The translations under genes and the position numbers were made by a program. From Azolla caroliniana (taxonomy: Eukaryota; Plantae; Polypodiophyta): a DNA stretch of 64,000 bases. Positions 21,280 to 36,139 of this stretch are shown here, piece by piece. How positions within the stretch are numbered: position 1 is the stretch's first letter; each line of letters opens with the position of its first letter. The notes beneath the pieces are model-generated. The model did not search any database and had not been told where the DNA came from. It saw only the letters and a program-made list of their open reading frames with translations. The stretch lies in the NCBI GenBank assembly GCA_043228905.1, contig JBHGNT010000029.1, positions 310,701-374,700 on the forward strand. The letters are read 5' to 3'.

Positions 21280-23748
21280 ACAGTCTGTGAAGTGCGTACC
21301 GCAATGAGGAGGCCCATTTCCACGGAAATGAAGACAACCCCAAGGAAGGCACCCGCCATGGCTATGAAGTCGCCCATGTCAATCTTCCATATCTTATACA
21401 TGGCATCGTAGTCCAACAGGCCCAGAACAGCATTGATGATGATTGATGCCAGGATGCAGTTAGGGGTGTAGTGGAACAGAGGCGTTGCCACAGCCAGCAC
21501 AATGAGCACCATGATCGACATCACAACATTGGAGACGGGGGTCTTCACACCCGCACTATAATTCACAGCCGATCGAGAGAAAGAACCTGCACATGTACAA
21601 CATCATTTGCTCAGAGTCTTGATCAGGGTCGTATAACACTGGAAGTTATTTCTTGTGTTAATTATTATTAAGTAAAGCAGCTTAATTAAGCATTTATGAA
21701 TGAATGCTTGGTCGGTCTCTCTATTAATTACTAGGAGTACCTGTAACAACATAGCAGGAAGTACAAGATCCAACAATGTTCATCGCTCCAAAAGCGATCA
21801 TCTCTTTGTTGCCATCGATATTGTAATTTCTCATGGATGCAAACGTCCTTCCAATTGCGATTCCCTCCTGCAATACGTATGTGTGTATGTATAAATAACA
21901 TCATTATAGGAAGGAGGAGGAGTTGGGAGATTTTAAAAAACGACCCCCGTCTCGTTCATCAAATTTTCTTCGTTACTTACTGTGAGTGCAATAAGAGATG
22001 CCTGAATGGCAATAATAAGTGCCTGCTTGAGGATGGCACCGTGGAACACAAATTGTCCAACCGATGACGGATTTATATGCCCATTAATTTTTCCAACCTG
22101 CACAGACATTATTACATATGTTGATGTAGGAAAAATAGCTCTACTACAATGAAGGATGATAATAATTATGGTATTTATCGGTAATGACTTAATAATAATT
22201 GAATCGTCACAATGTGTGAGTACCCACCCCAAGCAGCTAGATCGTTGAATGCTAAAATACCAACATTTTATATGCTAAAAAACTAAAACGAATGCAGACA
22301 ATTATTAAGATTATTATGAGAGAAGAGGCGGAGTGGAAACATATGTGTATATGTGTATAGCAATGATAAAAAGTGTCGTACAATCGCAACCCCAGCTGAT
22401 TTATTGGCTTCAGTGAATTTGACGAAGACAGTGGAGAGGATGACGGAGGTGAGGGGGGCGATGACAGATAGCCAGAATAGCCGTGGCCTCTTCTTAGCCT
22501 GATTCCATTCATTCAGTACATTTTCATTAGTTAGCTATCTTTAAGTATTGCGTCTTAAATAAATGTACATCATATTATTATTCTTATCCAAAGTAGCAGC
22601 AGCTTCTGCCGATTAAAATTTGAATGCCTTCTTAACGTTGTTTGATATTGTGCATGCATCAGGATTCAGTACTTTGGGCGGGGTGTTGAGTCTTGCTTAT
22701 AAGAAAATACATAGATATATCAATTCTAACTTACTATATGTTTGGTCAATAAGAGGAAGCCCAGGAAGAAGAGACCGATGAGGATCGTCTGCCAGTTCCA
22801 CTGTTAAAAACATATTGTATACGCATGTTATTGCCAAGTTGGGTTACCAAATGTGATGTTAAGATAAAAGGCCAGACATAAAATTTAATACGATGAATCA
22901 GTCATCAAGATTATCCATGAATTGAATAAAGATGTGCATGAATAACTTTAGTAATGATAAGGATTACAGTTATGAGCGTGCCTGCCTACTAATTAAGTTC
23001 CTTCTGCACAGCAGCTACCGAGCTCTGTTTGGTACATACCTCATTAGTATGAGTAAAGACGGAATGAAGGACAGAGACAGCATCTGTATGCCTCGTGAAG
23101 GACCTGGTAGATATTCCCAGGAGGCCTTTGAGCTGTTGCAGAGCTATGGTGATGGCAGCACCTGCCATGAACCCTACGATTGCCGCGTGTGAGAGATAAT
23201 CCACGATAAAGCCAAGCCTGGGCAAATGAACAATGGTCATATAACATGTCATAACTAGCGGATATTTTAATTAGCTGCCACAACGTGGTTATTGATTTCA
23301 TACATATATATAAATATAAATATAGATAGTGAGTGATCTAAGAGAAGTAAGGATGCGTATGTAGAGATAAGAGTAAGTAATGGTGTTAGTGGGTAGTTAG
23401 ATGAAACGCACGCATATTTTGCTAGCTATATATGTATGAAAGAAATAAGATTGGACCTGGAGAGGCCAAGAGCAGCCTGGAAAATCCCAGTGAAGAATGT
23501 GGCAGTGAAGATAAGGGCAAAGTAGGCGTCCCTGTAGGTGGCGCAGTCAGCATTGATGAACTTGGTGGAGGTAGTGTCACAACTAGCGGTTGCCAGAGCT
23601 GGGACGGGGAAGCCGTTTCTGGCGAGGGTGCCCAACAGGATGGACACAACCGCCACCGGCCCAATGGCAGACTCTCTGGACACCCCCAAGGCAGCATACA
23701 ACAGCGGTGGGACAAAGCTGCTATCTGCATTTTGATGAATCATCCACA

Positions 23749-23781
<33 letters not shown>

Positions 23782-24274
23782 GAGCCAGAAGAAGCTGTGG
23801 GTTAGATTATAGATAATAGACACAAACGCTACGCTACGCTCTTCTTCGCTATCAATCTATAATCTTATCTATTAATTATGTATTGTTCGTTGATTTTCTT
23901 AAAAAAGTTACATGGAACTTACAGAGGCCGTAGATGGGTGGCAAGCCAGCAAGCTTGGCATAGGCGATGCCCTGCGGGATGCTGAGGCTCCCGATGGTGA
24001 GGCCGGCCACAAGGTCGTCCTTGAAGGTGAAGAGGTTGTAGGTGCGGCCCCAATGGAGAACCGGGAAGACGTAGGCCAGCGCCATGTAGACGCGATGTTT
24101 GGGCGTCTGCTTCCGGAAGCCCCGCAAGGGGTTGTCCGGGAACAGCGTCTCGCGGAACATGCTCTTCATCCCCTCCGCCATCCTCCCTTTCGTCGTCGTC
24201 ACCGTCGCATCATTCCCAGCTGCAGCTTGCAGACCATACATACTACTAGCTGCTGCCCAAAATGCTGCATTGGG

Positions 24275-24305
<31 letters not shown>

Positions 24306-24370
24306 GCCTCCTCTTTCACGAAGTTCCCCCCCGGACCTGGAACTGCTGACTCCCCCAACCCCTTCGACAT
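19897..24370 (-). CDS. SULTR: Plant sulfate transporter (SLC26/SulP with STAS domain), 12 exons, apparently intact
   Basis: Exons 24370-23923, 23724-23457, 23217-23040, 22800-22735, 22498-22382, 22097-21981, 21867-21741, 21586-21300, 20821-20631, 20510-20425, 20230-20154, 20043-19897, all GT-AG. Motifs [82 protein letters not shown] and LAMANP. Confidence 0.93.
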
Positions 24371-26699
24371 GCTGCTAATGATGATGATATAATTTTATTC
24401 CTAGAAATGATATTGGGATGCCACAAAACCCAATCTACTCCCGTCCGGCAGCATTAACAAACGTTGGCAGCTGATGTTATTATTCGGACAGATTGCTGAT
24501 TGCCTAAATCAATCACAACAACATATTACATGTATTGTTAAATGTATAGGTGCATATATATATATATATATGCATGCATGGACGCTCGCCTGCTTCGATG
24601 GTGGGATTCTGATATCACAGAATTTAACTTAACTTAGAGAGACAAGTGGATATAATACACCGATGATTGCTTAGAATTTAGCTGGAGACGGGCTGCCTAA
24701 TTATCTATCTGCACACACTCACGCACGCACATATACATATGTCTATATGTATATGTGTCGTGCGTGGGTGTGTGGGCGTAGTCTAAGCAAATGTGTGTGT
24801 GTATATATATATACATACTACTATACTGGTGGGCGTGTATGTGTAGCCAGAAGGTAGTATGTAGTTAAACGCTAGCAGTGGGTGGGTTTGACAAATGTTG
24901 CAGGAAATTGAAAAAGGGGGTAACCTTTGCCGCCTCTCTCTTATTACATACATACATACATACATGATACATACATGATACATACATGATACATACATAC
25001 ATTGCCATGTAGATATTTATTATTGTCTGAGCACCCACCATTAATGTTTGGTTTCATATTAGTTGCTCTCTTCATCTCCCTTCTCATTAGTGGGTGACCC
25101 CCACACCATTATCATCTTCTTACTTACATCACACACCGACTTAATTGACATTATGTATTTCATTCACCATCAAGGGGCTCTCACTCTGGAGCATTAAGCA
25201 TCTCTCCAGTTTGCCCATCTAGACGAATCTGGTACACTATGGGTGAAAGAGACTCTAAACAAATTCTAGGTTGAGATGTATTGCATCAATGGAATATTAT
25301 TATGTATATACAAAATGCACGTGAAATCAGAGTTCTACAGGGAAAGGTCTCAATTCGTTGGTTGCAACTCTGCAATCATCATCTCATGTGCCCAACCAAG
25401 GCTTCCCACATGTTGATTGAGGATGTTGCACCCAACCTCTCCATGATTCGAAGATACAAGAGGATGATGGATGCTACAATATTTACTGGTAACCTGAAAG
25501 GCCTAAATGCATCTAGGGTGTTTATTACAATGATCACATCTTGAATATATCTGTATTGTAATTTTTGTCCAAAACATTACCATGTTCCCAACTCCTCACT
25601 CAATAATTCATTAATGAAGTGGCACATCTCTTATTTATGTAACCCTCCATTGATGATATTTCAAGATACTAGAAATAGCAAGGGAAGCCATGTAGCAAAC
25701 CTTAAAATATAAATTTATTTGTTTACATCCTTCATTACTTACACCACTCACAGCTAGGGAGATAAATTTCTCCTATTTCAAAGTATACTCGTATTGTTTA
25801 GGTAAGCCTCCACACCTTTGAGATATCAACAATCAAGAATTAGGACAACACAACCTACATCATGAAAGTCAAGCTTGATGAAGGTTATGTTCCTCGATCA
25901 AAATCGTATGTGAAATCTACAATCTTCATTGTTGATGTAGAAGCACCACCTAGTAATACAATTTACTATTCTAAATACGTTTCGGACTAAATCAAATTTA
26001 TTTGTGAACTAAATAGTCTCAATACATAAGTTGTATTCAAGATTTAAACTTAGTTATTGTCCATGTAATGCATGTGCATGGTAAAATGTACAAACCTCAA
26101 ACATTTGAATCTATGTGATGGAGGTTGTCATTTTTACAAACCATCTCAAAGGTTTTACTTTGTAGGTTATCCCTCCTTGTTGCATGTTGAATTTACATAC
26201 ATTTTATATCCTAATTCTCTGTTCAAACACATAATGTATTCTTATTTATTTTCAACCACACACACCACTTGATTTGACACCAAGTGATAACTTTAGGGTA
26301 ACATCCTTTGTACTCACATTTATTTATTTTTAACTACACTCACAATATTTATCTACATCAATTGATCACGATTTGTTCGGTCAGGATACAGTTGGTGGCA
26401 TTAACAACAATGACCATGTTCATATGAGGTAGAAGTACTCTCCTCCCAACATTAGACATGGACAATGGTAACAAAATTTAATACAAGTGATTGCTTTATT
26501 GTAGTTGTTAGACAAAGGGAGCAACAAGTCATCTATGATGTCTAAATCCCCCCAAAATAGTGATAGAATGGTAAAAGCAACAAGATAATAGGTTCAAAAG
26601 GGCCGAAAGAATCCAAATTTGATGACCATAATATATAATGAGGTCATTAAAAACTTCCATCCTTTACCAATGAATGATTAAGGTATTGAACTTGGTAAA

Positions 26700-27470
26700 A
26701 GAGGTATTGAGATCAAATGTTGCATGTGATTTTCATGTTCTAGGTTTGATATCATGTCATCCCAAAATGTTTATACTCATGTGAATTTGACTCTATTGAG
26801 ATCAAATGTTGCATTGATATGACTTTGATGTTCCAACTTGACATCATGTCATCCTAATTTCTTTTATACTCACCATGGAGTTGAGCATCCTGATTCATAA
26901 TCTTGTAGGCAAGCTTGCCTTAATCGCTATAAACAATGTCACTATGAAATTTATGGTCCTTGGTCATCATTCTCTTTGCAAGGTTTAAAACACGAGTGAC
27001 TTTATAAGGTTTAAGCTTGCCATATTTTCATTTAAATTTATTTTCTTTAAATTTCCATTCATTGGTAGTCAAGCATTGTTCCATCTTTCATTGTGATATT
27101 TTTTTTTACATATAACATATACCAAGAAAAAAATTAATTGGCCAAATTGTTGATATTCAATGTGATTTTGGCTCTATTGAGATCAAATGGTGCATTTTAC
27201 TTTGATGTTCGAACTTGATATCATGTCATCCTATGAAGTTGAGGGTCCTTGATCATCATCATATAGGAAAGCTTACATTAATCTCCATAAACAACTCACT
27301 ATGAACTTGGTCCTTGGTCATCATCATTTGTACAAGGTTTAACATCAATGACCTAAGAAGGTTTAATCCAACCAAATTTTCATGCACATGTTTCTTTTTT
27401 TACATTTCATTAAGTGATAGTCAAGTATGTATTATCCCCACCTTATATTGAGATATGAAAACTACCAAGA
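26700..27470 (+). repeat. Degenerate local duplication (~380 bp)
   Basis: TATTGAGATCAAATG..GCAT..ATCATGTCATCC at about 26705, 26794 and 27175; CACTATGAA..GGTCCTTGGTCATCAT at about 26940 and 27297. Confidence 0.7.
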
Positions 27471-28989
27471 AATAAAGATTTAAGATGCCAATGGAGGAGT
27501 CTTAAATTTGATACCTCCTTTGTATTAAGGGCTAAAGATCGGCCCTAGAAGAAAGTGAAGTCAAGAAAATAAATCCATAAATGGAAAGGGGGGGAGGTAT
27601 CTAAAATCACATTATATCCAAGTCAAAAGTTGGGGGGGGGTCTACCTTGTTGAGTATTTTTCTTGATATACATCAAGGTTTTGAGAGTGAAGCTAGCAAA
27701 TAATTGGAAGATTCCTACATGCGAGGGGACCTTTTCCCGAATGGGCATTAGGGGATCTCCTCACATAAAGGATCCTCTAACCATAGTGGAATCTTCCATT
27801 CACCTAATGGCTCAACTCAAGGATACCCCCAACCCATTGCCATAAAATTGAAATCCTTGATTCCCTTGATATGATGTTCACCAAGTCTAAGCTACGCATT
27901 TTAATATCTGTTTTAGATCTTGATACTTTCCTAGATATTCATTTTTAATTTGGGTTGATTTGAACTTAGCAACATTACCATCTCTATTCATCAAAATCTC
28001 ATGGACCAAACCAATCTCTATTCATTGAAATCATGGTTTGTTTGTATGTTAATGTAGCAAGTCCAACATACATATGGAAGAAATATATACAAATAGGGTT
28101 TATATGTTATACTATTTTTGTTTTGACATCCATAATTCGTATATAATTTGAGACCATAGTAGCAAAAGCCATACATTTGTGACTTTGGCAAGTGTAAAAT
28201 AATGTCAATTATGTAATGATGATATTATGATGTGGGAAGATGTAGGTATTTGATTAAGGCTAGATGGCGAAGGTTACAATATTGAATATATAAATTTATG
28301 ATTCTTTTGTAGGGAATCCAAACTACTACATCATAATGTCCCAACTTTATTAATCCAAACCCCCCTAGACACACCCTCAACTACTAGTCCCTCCCATCTC
28401 TATGTATCCACATCTCTAAGTGAAGTAGCAAATGTTTGATAATGTACTTCTTTCGTCTTTGTATCATACATCCCCCCATTTATATGTGTTTGAACTACCA
28501 TTTGCGATAAATAAAGAATATAGACAAGAAAACTTGAAATATAAACTACCACGATTCCCAAAAAAGCTCTTTTAAAGTGAAACCTTGAACAAGAAGGTTG
28601 CAAAAACTTGATTTAAAAGAAGTGCATGCACTACCAGAAACAAACAAAATTATGCATATTCAATTTTCTCTGTGAAAGTGTATACCATATCCATATTATG
28701 AAAATACTAGGCCAAATTTTATTAGCAAAGTAATCATGTGAACAAGCTTATGGCTTTGTGAAATATGAGCCTTCATTGAAGTTTCATTGGTGCCTTTCTA
28801 TGCAACTATGGAAATTTACCAAAATGTGCCACCTTTTACATCAAATTCCCAAATTATTCCTTAATTTAGAAATTCACATAGTACTTTTTAAGAAAAGTAG
28901 TACATGCATTAAAATAACATGGTATACCCTAATCCCTTGTTTTCCCTCCAACAATAGCGAGAATCTTATAGCAAGGTAAACCTCCAACC

Positions 28990-30000
28990 ACCATGACCAC
29001 AAACTATATAAGCTTCCATTTTTGTCCGACATGACTCAAGGGAACTTCTCTGACATGCACTATCGGGTGAGAAGTGTCATCTCCAATCTCAACAACTCTC
29101 GGTTGCTCTAGCTTTTCCATAAACGAGAACCACTCTTCGTGGCTCGTCATGTGGTTAGACGCTCCGGAGTGAACGTACCACACTTCCTTCGATCCGGAAG
29201 TGGTCTTCTTCATCGAGTTCGCCTTGTGTTTCATCACAAAGGCTGGCCCTTTCCCGATCTTTCTGGTGTCGGATCCTTCCGATCCTTCAGCGTAGTGCAA
29301 GCTTTGTTGGTTCCCTTGTCTGGTCTTGCCAAATCCGGATTTATCCGAATCGGCGTGCTTCTTCCCACACCCGCTCTCCCAGTGGCCTTTCTTGCCACAA
29401 TATCATCATTCCGTGTCGGCCTTCCCTTGTTGGTTTAGGGTTTAGGGTTTACCATCACGTTGATGGACCCGAGCGCATCGTAAATCTCCTTGATCTTGGT
29501 GGTGTAGTCGGTAACCGTCATGTCCCATTGCCAAATACTATTGAGCTCTTGCCGGAGCTATAACTTCCGAGCCGTGGTACTTGCGGCGAAAATCTTCCGA
29601 AGATTTTCCCAAGCCTCCTTCGGCGACTTTGCGTCTCTGATGTAGTCGAGCATCTGGACGTGCACACAGGACGCGAAGCAATACAACCCTCTGCTCGCTC
29701 CTTGCTCCCATGCCAGGAAGTCCTTGTGTGCCGACTCCGGTGCCACTTCATTTGCTCCGTCGACATAGCTCCAGTCACCGTGTTCGAGTAGTTCTTGGTG
29801 CATCTTGTAAGACCAAGATGCATAATTGCCTCTGTCGAGCTTCTCCGTCAAAAGCGAGCTTGCCATCCCTTTGTCCATTCTTTCTTCGGTCTTCCTCACA
29901 TTCAACCGATTCGGATCCGGTTGAGCTTATCTGCTCAACAAATGCCAAAGGAAGAATTGTGGGTAATGACTCCTCAATTGGAAGTCAAGATGAAACACTC
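28990..30000 (-). mobile_element. Degenerate Ty1/copia gag-protease fragment
   Basis: LLTEKLDRGNYASWSYKMHQ, AWENLRKIFAASTTARKL and WYVHSGASNHMT; related to the elements at 31404 and 52730. Confidence 0.8.
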
Positions 30001-30569
30001 CATACATGAACTCCAAGGTCTCGAACATGAGCTATACAAAATGATAAAAATTATATTCAGAAACAAACAAATCACTTGCTTGAAGTACATAGTGTTATGT
30101 CAGCTCAAAGTGTACTCACCGAGCACACCTGTCTATATCAATGGAGTTGGAAAATGTAGTTATGCCTCCACGCTAATATTGTAGGCTATTGATGGTGAGT
30201 CTTGAAATAGTGGTTGTCAATCACTCTCAAGCCACTAACATCAGTTACCCTAACCTTACGAATTCTTTGAACCTCTCTCGAAAGCACTAACCTCCTTAAG
30301 AAGCTCACTAATGCATTATATAGGCTTTAACATTAGACATAAAATGCAATAGATCACAAGCAATATGACTAACCATGTTGCAATTAAAGAGAAAAGTCAC
30401 TGCAATGCATACAAAAAGAGGAGTGATTAGGATTTAGCTAAGTAGCACTTAAACTAACCACTCACTTCACAAGTGAGATAGATAAATAGATTCTATTATT
30501 GTCTTTGACCTATGAGAACAAAAATGTTACATTTCACATAATGCATGTAAACGTGAGTAGCAATTGTGA

Positions 30570-33500
30570 AAGCTAAGCTTAAACTTGTGACCTATGTGTA
30601 CATTTGTCAAGTACTTAACCATTAAGCTATCTCATAAACATATTTATTAACATTGTAATTCCATATGATAGAATCCTAGAACATTCTAGAAAACCCTAGA
30701 ATGCTCCATGACCCACTATATAACGAACCATTCCGGTTCAACACTAGTCTTGGGTCTTCTAAGTAAGCTCTCTCTTATATCTCTTTATTGTAATACATAT
30801 TTCCTTTCATAATTACTCTCTCGTCCTCTCTTGCTCACTCTGTCTACTGCTATCTCATCTATCCATTCATCCATTACTCTTTCTCTTGCTCTTTCTACTG
30901 CTATCGTGTCTCAATTCTAACAGTCATTTACAACAAGCGGTAGCATCCCATAAAGCATTGCAGATCATCTTCATCTTCAACAGATGTTTCACATATGTGA
31001 TCATGTATCCTTATTTCGTCGACACATGAGAACGTCACGACCTTGTGATAAACTCTATTATCCGTGATTGGGACCATTTACGATCTCATCAAAGATTAAT
31101 GAGGTGACTTTCCAGCTTGATCTCCCTTCCCACATGCGACTTCACTCACTATTTCATTGTTCACTTCTTGAACCTTGTGCCACAACTACTATTCTGCGTC
31201 ATGTGATACTACCGTCACTGCCATCGGATGTCCAACTTGATAATGTTCTTGAATATGAAGTTGTAGTGGTTCTTGACTCCAAGATCCTACGCAATAAATT
31301 ATATAGTATTTAGTGGATTGGTAGGGTTATTATCCAAATTATCAAATGTGGGAACCGCCTGAGAATTTATCCAAATCTGGTCAAAGAATTTCATCATCAA
31401 TACTGTAAAGAATCAAGAGATGGATTCTGTGCAGCGGAATAGATATGGACTGTGTGTGTGTATGAGAGAGAGAGAGAGAGAGAGACAAGGAGTAAGACAT
31501 AGACAATACGAAAGGTAAAGTATATTAACAAAGGAGAAAGACTCAACAACGTACAAGGTGGGAGGAGGGTGCTTTATATAGTCACCCTCTCTCTTCATTA
31601 ACTACAAGACTCATGGAGCATGGGGAATGTGAAAGCTCATAAGTTATGTGTCATAGAATATGATTCTATGACTCATACTAAATGCTAGAATACAAAGTGG
31701 TGACATAATGGTGACTCTTGACCGTTGGAGTGTCTCTTCACTCTCAAGGTGAGTTCACACACTAGACCAAGTTGAGCTTGATTCTCAACACGCCCCTTCA
31801 AGCTCAAGTCGGGTCAGTTTCAGATGGTATCCGAAATCCGCTTCGACTCGTGTTCCGGAGTTTGCGTCGACTCGCATTTATGCGGAGTTGCGGAATCCGT
31901 GCTCCAGCTTGCGTTGTGCATACTTGCGAAGTCTGTGCTTTGGCTTGCGGCTTTCTTTGCGGCTTTGTGCGGTAAATCAGCTCTTCACGGCTTCATTGCA
32001 CGGTTGCGAAATCCACGCGTTATTGCGTAGTGTCTTTAGTACTCCCCCTCAAGCTTGGCAGGTCAGGGATCGTCAATCCGAGATCGGTCATGAATTGCCA
32101 TAGCTTGTCGGCTCCTAAGGCTTTAGTGAAGATGTCGGTCGTTTGAAGATTGGTGCTAATGTGTTGTAGGTCGACATAGCCAGTTAGAACGCGCTCTCGG
32201 ATGAAGTGATAGTGCACTTCAATGTGCTTTGTCCGTGCGTGGAACACCGGGTTCCGAGCCAGATAGATACTGCTCATGTTGTCGCAGTAAAGGGAAGTCG
32301 GATCCTTGATGGGTACGCCCAGATCCTTGAGTATCCTTTTGAGCCATACGGCCTCACAAGTGGCCACTACCACGCCCCTGTATTCCGCCTTTGAGCTCGA
32401 AAAGGCGACGATTGATTGCTTTTTGCTACTCCAGGATATTGCTCCGTTACCGAGGGAAAAAACAAATACGAAGGTTGATCTTCTATCGGCTTTGTAGCCG
32501 GCCCAATCGGCGTCTGTGTACCCCTCGAGTCGTATTGGCAGCACGGTCTTGTAGACGATGCCGCAATCCATTGTGCCGCTCACGTATTGTAGAACTCGCT
32601 TAGCGCAATCCAAGTGAGTATCACGCAGTGTTTGCATGAATTGACTAAGGAGACCGATCGGATAACTGAGATCGGGTCGAGTGATCGTGATGTAGATGAG
32701 TCTCCCGATGAATTGCCAATACTGAGTTGGCTCACACGCTTTGGTCGAGCGGGGTTGCCGCGGATTTGCACTCAGCCATACCAAACTTGTATAGCAAGTT
32801 GAGGATGTAGTATCGTTGAGAGATCATGATTCCGACCGGAGTCCGAATTACCTCGATGCCGAGGAAGTAGTGGAGCTCCTTCATGTCCGTCATCTCGAAC
32901 TTGTCAGAAAGGAGGGCACATAATATCGGCATCCGTCGAGGAAGTAGTGGAGAAGTCCTCGATGAAGAGCACATAATATCGGCATCCGCCGAATGTAGCC
33001 GTCTGCGCCAATCCCCATACGTCGGAATGGACTACGTCGAGTAGACCTTTGCTCACGTTTCGCTCTTTCGGGAATGGGTGTCGGTGTTGCTTGCCGAATT
33101 GGCACGCTTCGCATACACCTTCAATCTCCTTCTCTTTGAATGTCAGGAGTCCGATGATGACTACTTTCGATTTCATTGCTTTCAGTTTGTTGAGATTCAT
33201 GTGGCCGATTCGCTTGTGCCATAGCTCTATGTCGGAGTCGGCTTTCGTGCTTTTTGCGAACATGGCGGATTTCATCTCGTGTGAATTGAGAATGAACATC
33301 CAGCCCTCTCTTCTTCTGCGTGCGATGATTTGGCCCTCTTTTTCGATGAAGCACCCTTCTTGGTCGAATCGTACTTGCGTCCCTTGCTCAACCATTTGGC
33401 CAACCGAGATGCAAGACATTTTTAATGTATGTTTGCTTACCTCTTTCGCCGAACGGAACATTGCCGATGTGCCGAATCGGGTGCGTAGTGTCATCTCCGG

Positions 33501-35548
33501 TTTTGACATAACCGAGTCGCTCTGGCTCTCGAAGTTTGAGAAACCATTCTTTATGAGATGTCATATGGTTTGAGGCTCCGGAGTCAACAAACCATACGTC
33601 CTCCAGATTGAGGGCACTAGTTGAGGTAGAGGCCGACATAGAGTTTGCTCTATGTTTCATCATGAACATTCCGCCATGGTTGGAGTTGTGTGCATACATT
33701 TCTCCACGATCTTTGTAGTCGGAGTTGTGCCTGTACATTCCACTATACTCTTCGTAGTTGGAATTGTGCGCGTAATTCGTGAGTTGTCGACTTGTGGAAG
33801 CCGATTCACGCATCTTCTGTTGGCACTCTTCTTTGTGGTGGCCGAGCTTTCCGCAATATCCGCATTCGGTTGCGTTTTAACGGCTCGGGCCGGAGTGGAA
33901 GCTCCCCCTTCTTGTGAAGGTTCCTCGTTGGCTTCCGTTTTGCGGCCAAAATTGGGAGTTGTTATCGTAGGTCGGACCTCGTCCGCCTTGTCCTTGGCCG
34001 AATCGACCTCTCGCTCGTCCGCGTCCTCTTCCTCCGTTCGAATGCGTGTAGAGCATGTGGCCTTCCGACTCATTGCTCCTTGTACGCACGTGGTTTTCTT
34101 CGACCAATAGCATTGATTGGAGCTTGAAGAAGCAGGGAGATTTCTCCCGTGCTAGAATGGCGGTTCACATTGCGTTGAACCGTGGTGCGAGGCCGCCGAG
34201 GCATATTTGCACCATCTCATCATCATCGATATTTACGCTTATCGAGCCGAGCAAGTCGCAAAGCTCCTTGATCTTCAAGGTGTATGGCGTGATGGACATG
34301 TCCCTTTGTTGAATGTTGTTCAACTCTTGGCAGAGTTGAAGCCTTCTTGCGGTTGTGTTCGCCGCAAAAATCTTTCGTAGATTTTTCCATGCCTCCTTTG
34401 GCGTCTTGGCTTCGTGAATGTAGCCGAGCATGTGGTCGTGAACACATGTCGCCAAGCAATACATCACGCGGCTTGTGGCTTGATCCCATGTCGCGTATCT
34501 AGGAGCCGTTTTGATGGGTCGGTCTTCGCGTGCTCCTTTGATGTAGCTCCAATAGCCTTGTCCGACAAGGTATTGGTGCATCTTGTACTCCCAAGATGTG
34601 AAGTTGTTTCGATCCAACTTCTCGGTAGGGAGAGTGCTCCCCATTTGAGTATTCATTATGTTGATTCTTCTTCTTCTTCTTCTTCTCTCTTCGAATGTGA
34701 GCTATGTAGCGAAGCTACGATAGCGATGAGCCAGTTCTTGGTAGTCGGCGTAGGACACAGCACACGATCACAATGAGGCGAGTGAGTGGGCTAGATCGAG
34801 CTACCAAATCGCTCTGATACCATGTAAAGCAGTAAGACATAGAGAATACGCAAGGTAAAGTATATTAACAAAGGAGAAAGACTCAACAATGTACAAGGTG
34901 GGAGGAGGGTGCTTTATATAGTCATCCTCTCTCTTCATTAACTATAAGACTCATGGAGTGTGGGGAATGTGAAAACTCATAAGTTTATGTGTCATAGAAT
35001 ATGATTCTATGACGAATACTAAATGCTAGAATACAAAGTGGTGACATAATGGTGACTCTTGACTGTTGGAGTGTCTCTTCACTCTTAAGGTGAGTTCACA
35101 CACTAGACCAAGTTGAGCTTGATTCTCAACAAATACCCTAACAAACATGGTCTTGCTATATCCATCATGACTCCAATAACTCGTCATTTTAGGCGGTGGA
35201 AAGTGTTATGGCCACAATGTGATGGCCATGCTTGAACCTATGCCTTATGTTTTTAGGAGGGGGATAGTGTTATGGCAACCATGTGATGGCCATGCTTGAA
35301 CCTATTGTGTACTTACGTCAAGGACTTAAGCATTAGGCTATCTCATGTACATATTATAACATAATATCATAATTAGTTGAACCCTAGAACACTCTAGAAC
35401 TTCCTGGATCATTATAGAAAACCCTAGAATGTTCCATGATTCACTACATAATGAAGCCCCTTCAAGATCCCTTGTAATTCCACATAGTCTCGAGATCTCC
35501 AAGTAAGCTCCCTCTTGTATCTCTTTATCTTCATTTCCTTTCATAGTT

Positions 35549-35585
<37 letters not shown>

Positions 35586-35640
35586 GTTATCTTGTTTATC
35601 CGTTCATTCATCACCCTTTCTCTCGCTATCAATTCTAACG
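30570..35640 (+). mobile_element. Ty3/gypsy chromovirus remnant (integrase C-terminus, chromodomain, two related LTR-like segments) interrupted by the copia at 31404-35131
   Basis: GPFTISSKINEVTFQLDLP..FHCSLLEP..EYEVVVVLDSK..WEPPENL..FHHQY resumes as PNKHG after 35136. PPT-like AGGAGGGGATAG precedes TGTTATGGC at ~35268. Segment ~30670-30921 resembles ~35390-35640. Boundaries approximate. Confidence 0.6.
31404..35131 (-). mobile_element. Ty1/copia LTR element, internally deleted (most of integrase and the RT N-terminal half lost)
   Basis: LTRs at 31404-31790 and 34823-35131 (the latter ~80 bp shorter). TSD AATAC at 31399-31403 and 35132-35136. PBS (reverse complement GCTCTGATACCA) at 34811-34822. 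Motifs LPTEKLDRNNF, WFVDSGASNHM, LWHKRIGH, GYTDADWAG and [11 protein letters not shown]. Confidence 0.93.
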
Positions 35641-35708
35641 ACTCTTGGTGTTCAAGAACTTTACCAATGAATGTTGCAATTAAGAATGCACATTGTGGTT
35701 GGTTGGTT

Positions 35709-35763
<55 letters not shown>

Positions 35764-36139
35764 CTATCATCCGATTATAAGAAGAAGTTAAGAAGAAGAG
35801 CTAAAAATCCATAAAAGTGACTTTCATAGCTCAGTCACAAAACAATTGTCCCCTTTCACATCATTGGGGTTACCTTTAGGCGCTAGAACAACTATTTTGT
35901 GATGTTCCTTTTTCTCTTGGTCTACATGGTCTTTAGTATCAATACCAATGTCTTCATGGTTCATGATATGTACAACATGTACTTAACAAATGCACTTCCC
36001 TTGAAGGCCTCGATTGTTAAGTTCAACAACACGAATATGGCCCTAACACGAGAACTTCAAGATAAAGGCTAAACACAAAGAAGTCCTAGCTGCTTTGTAC
36101 ATGATGCAATACACTTGAAGCTAACCTCAAGGCAACACA

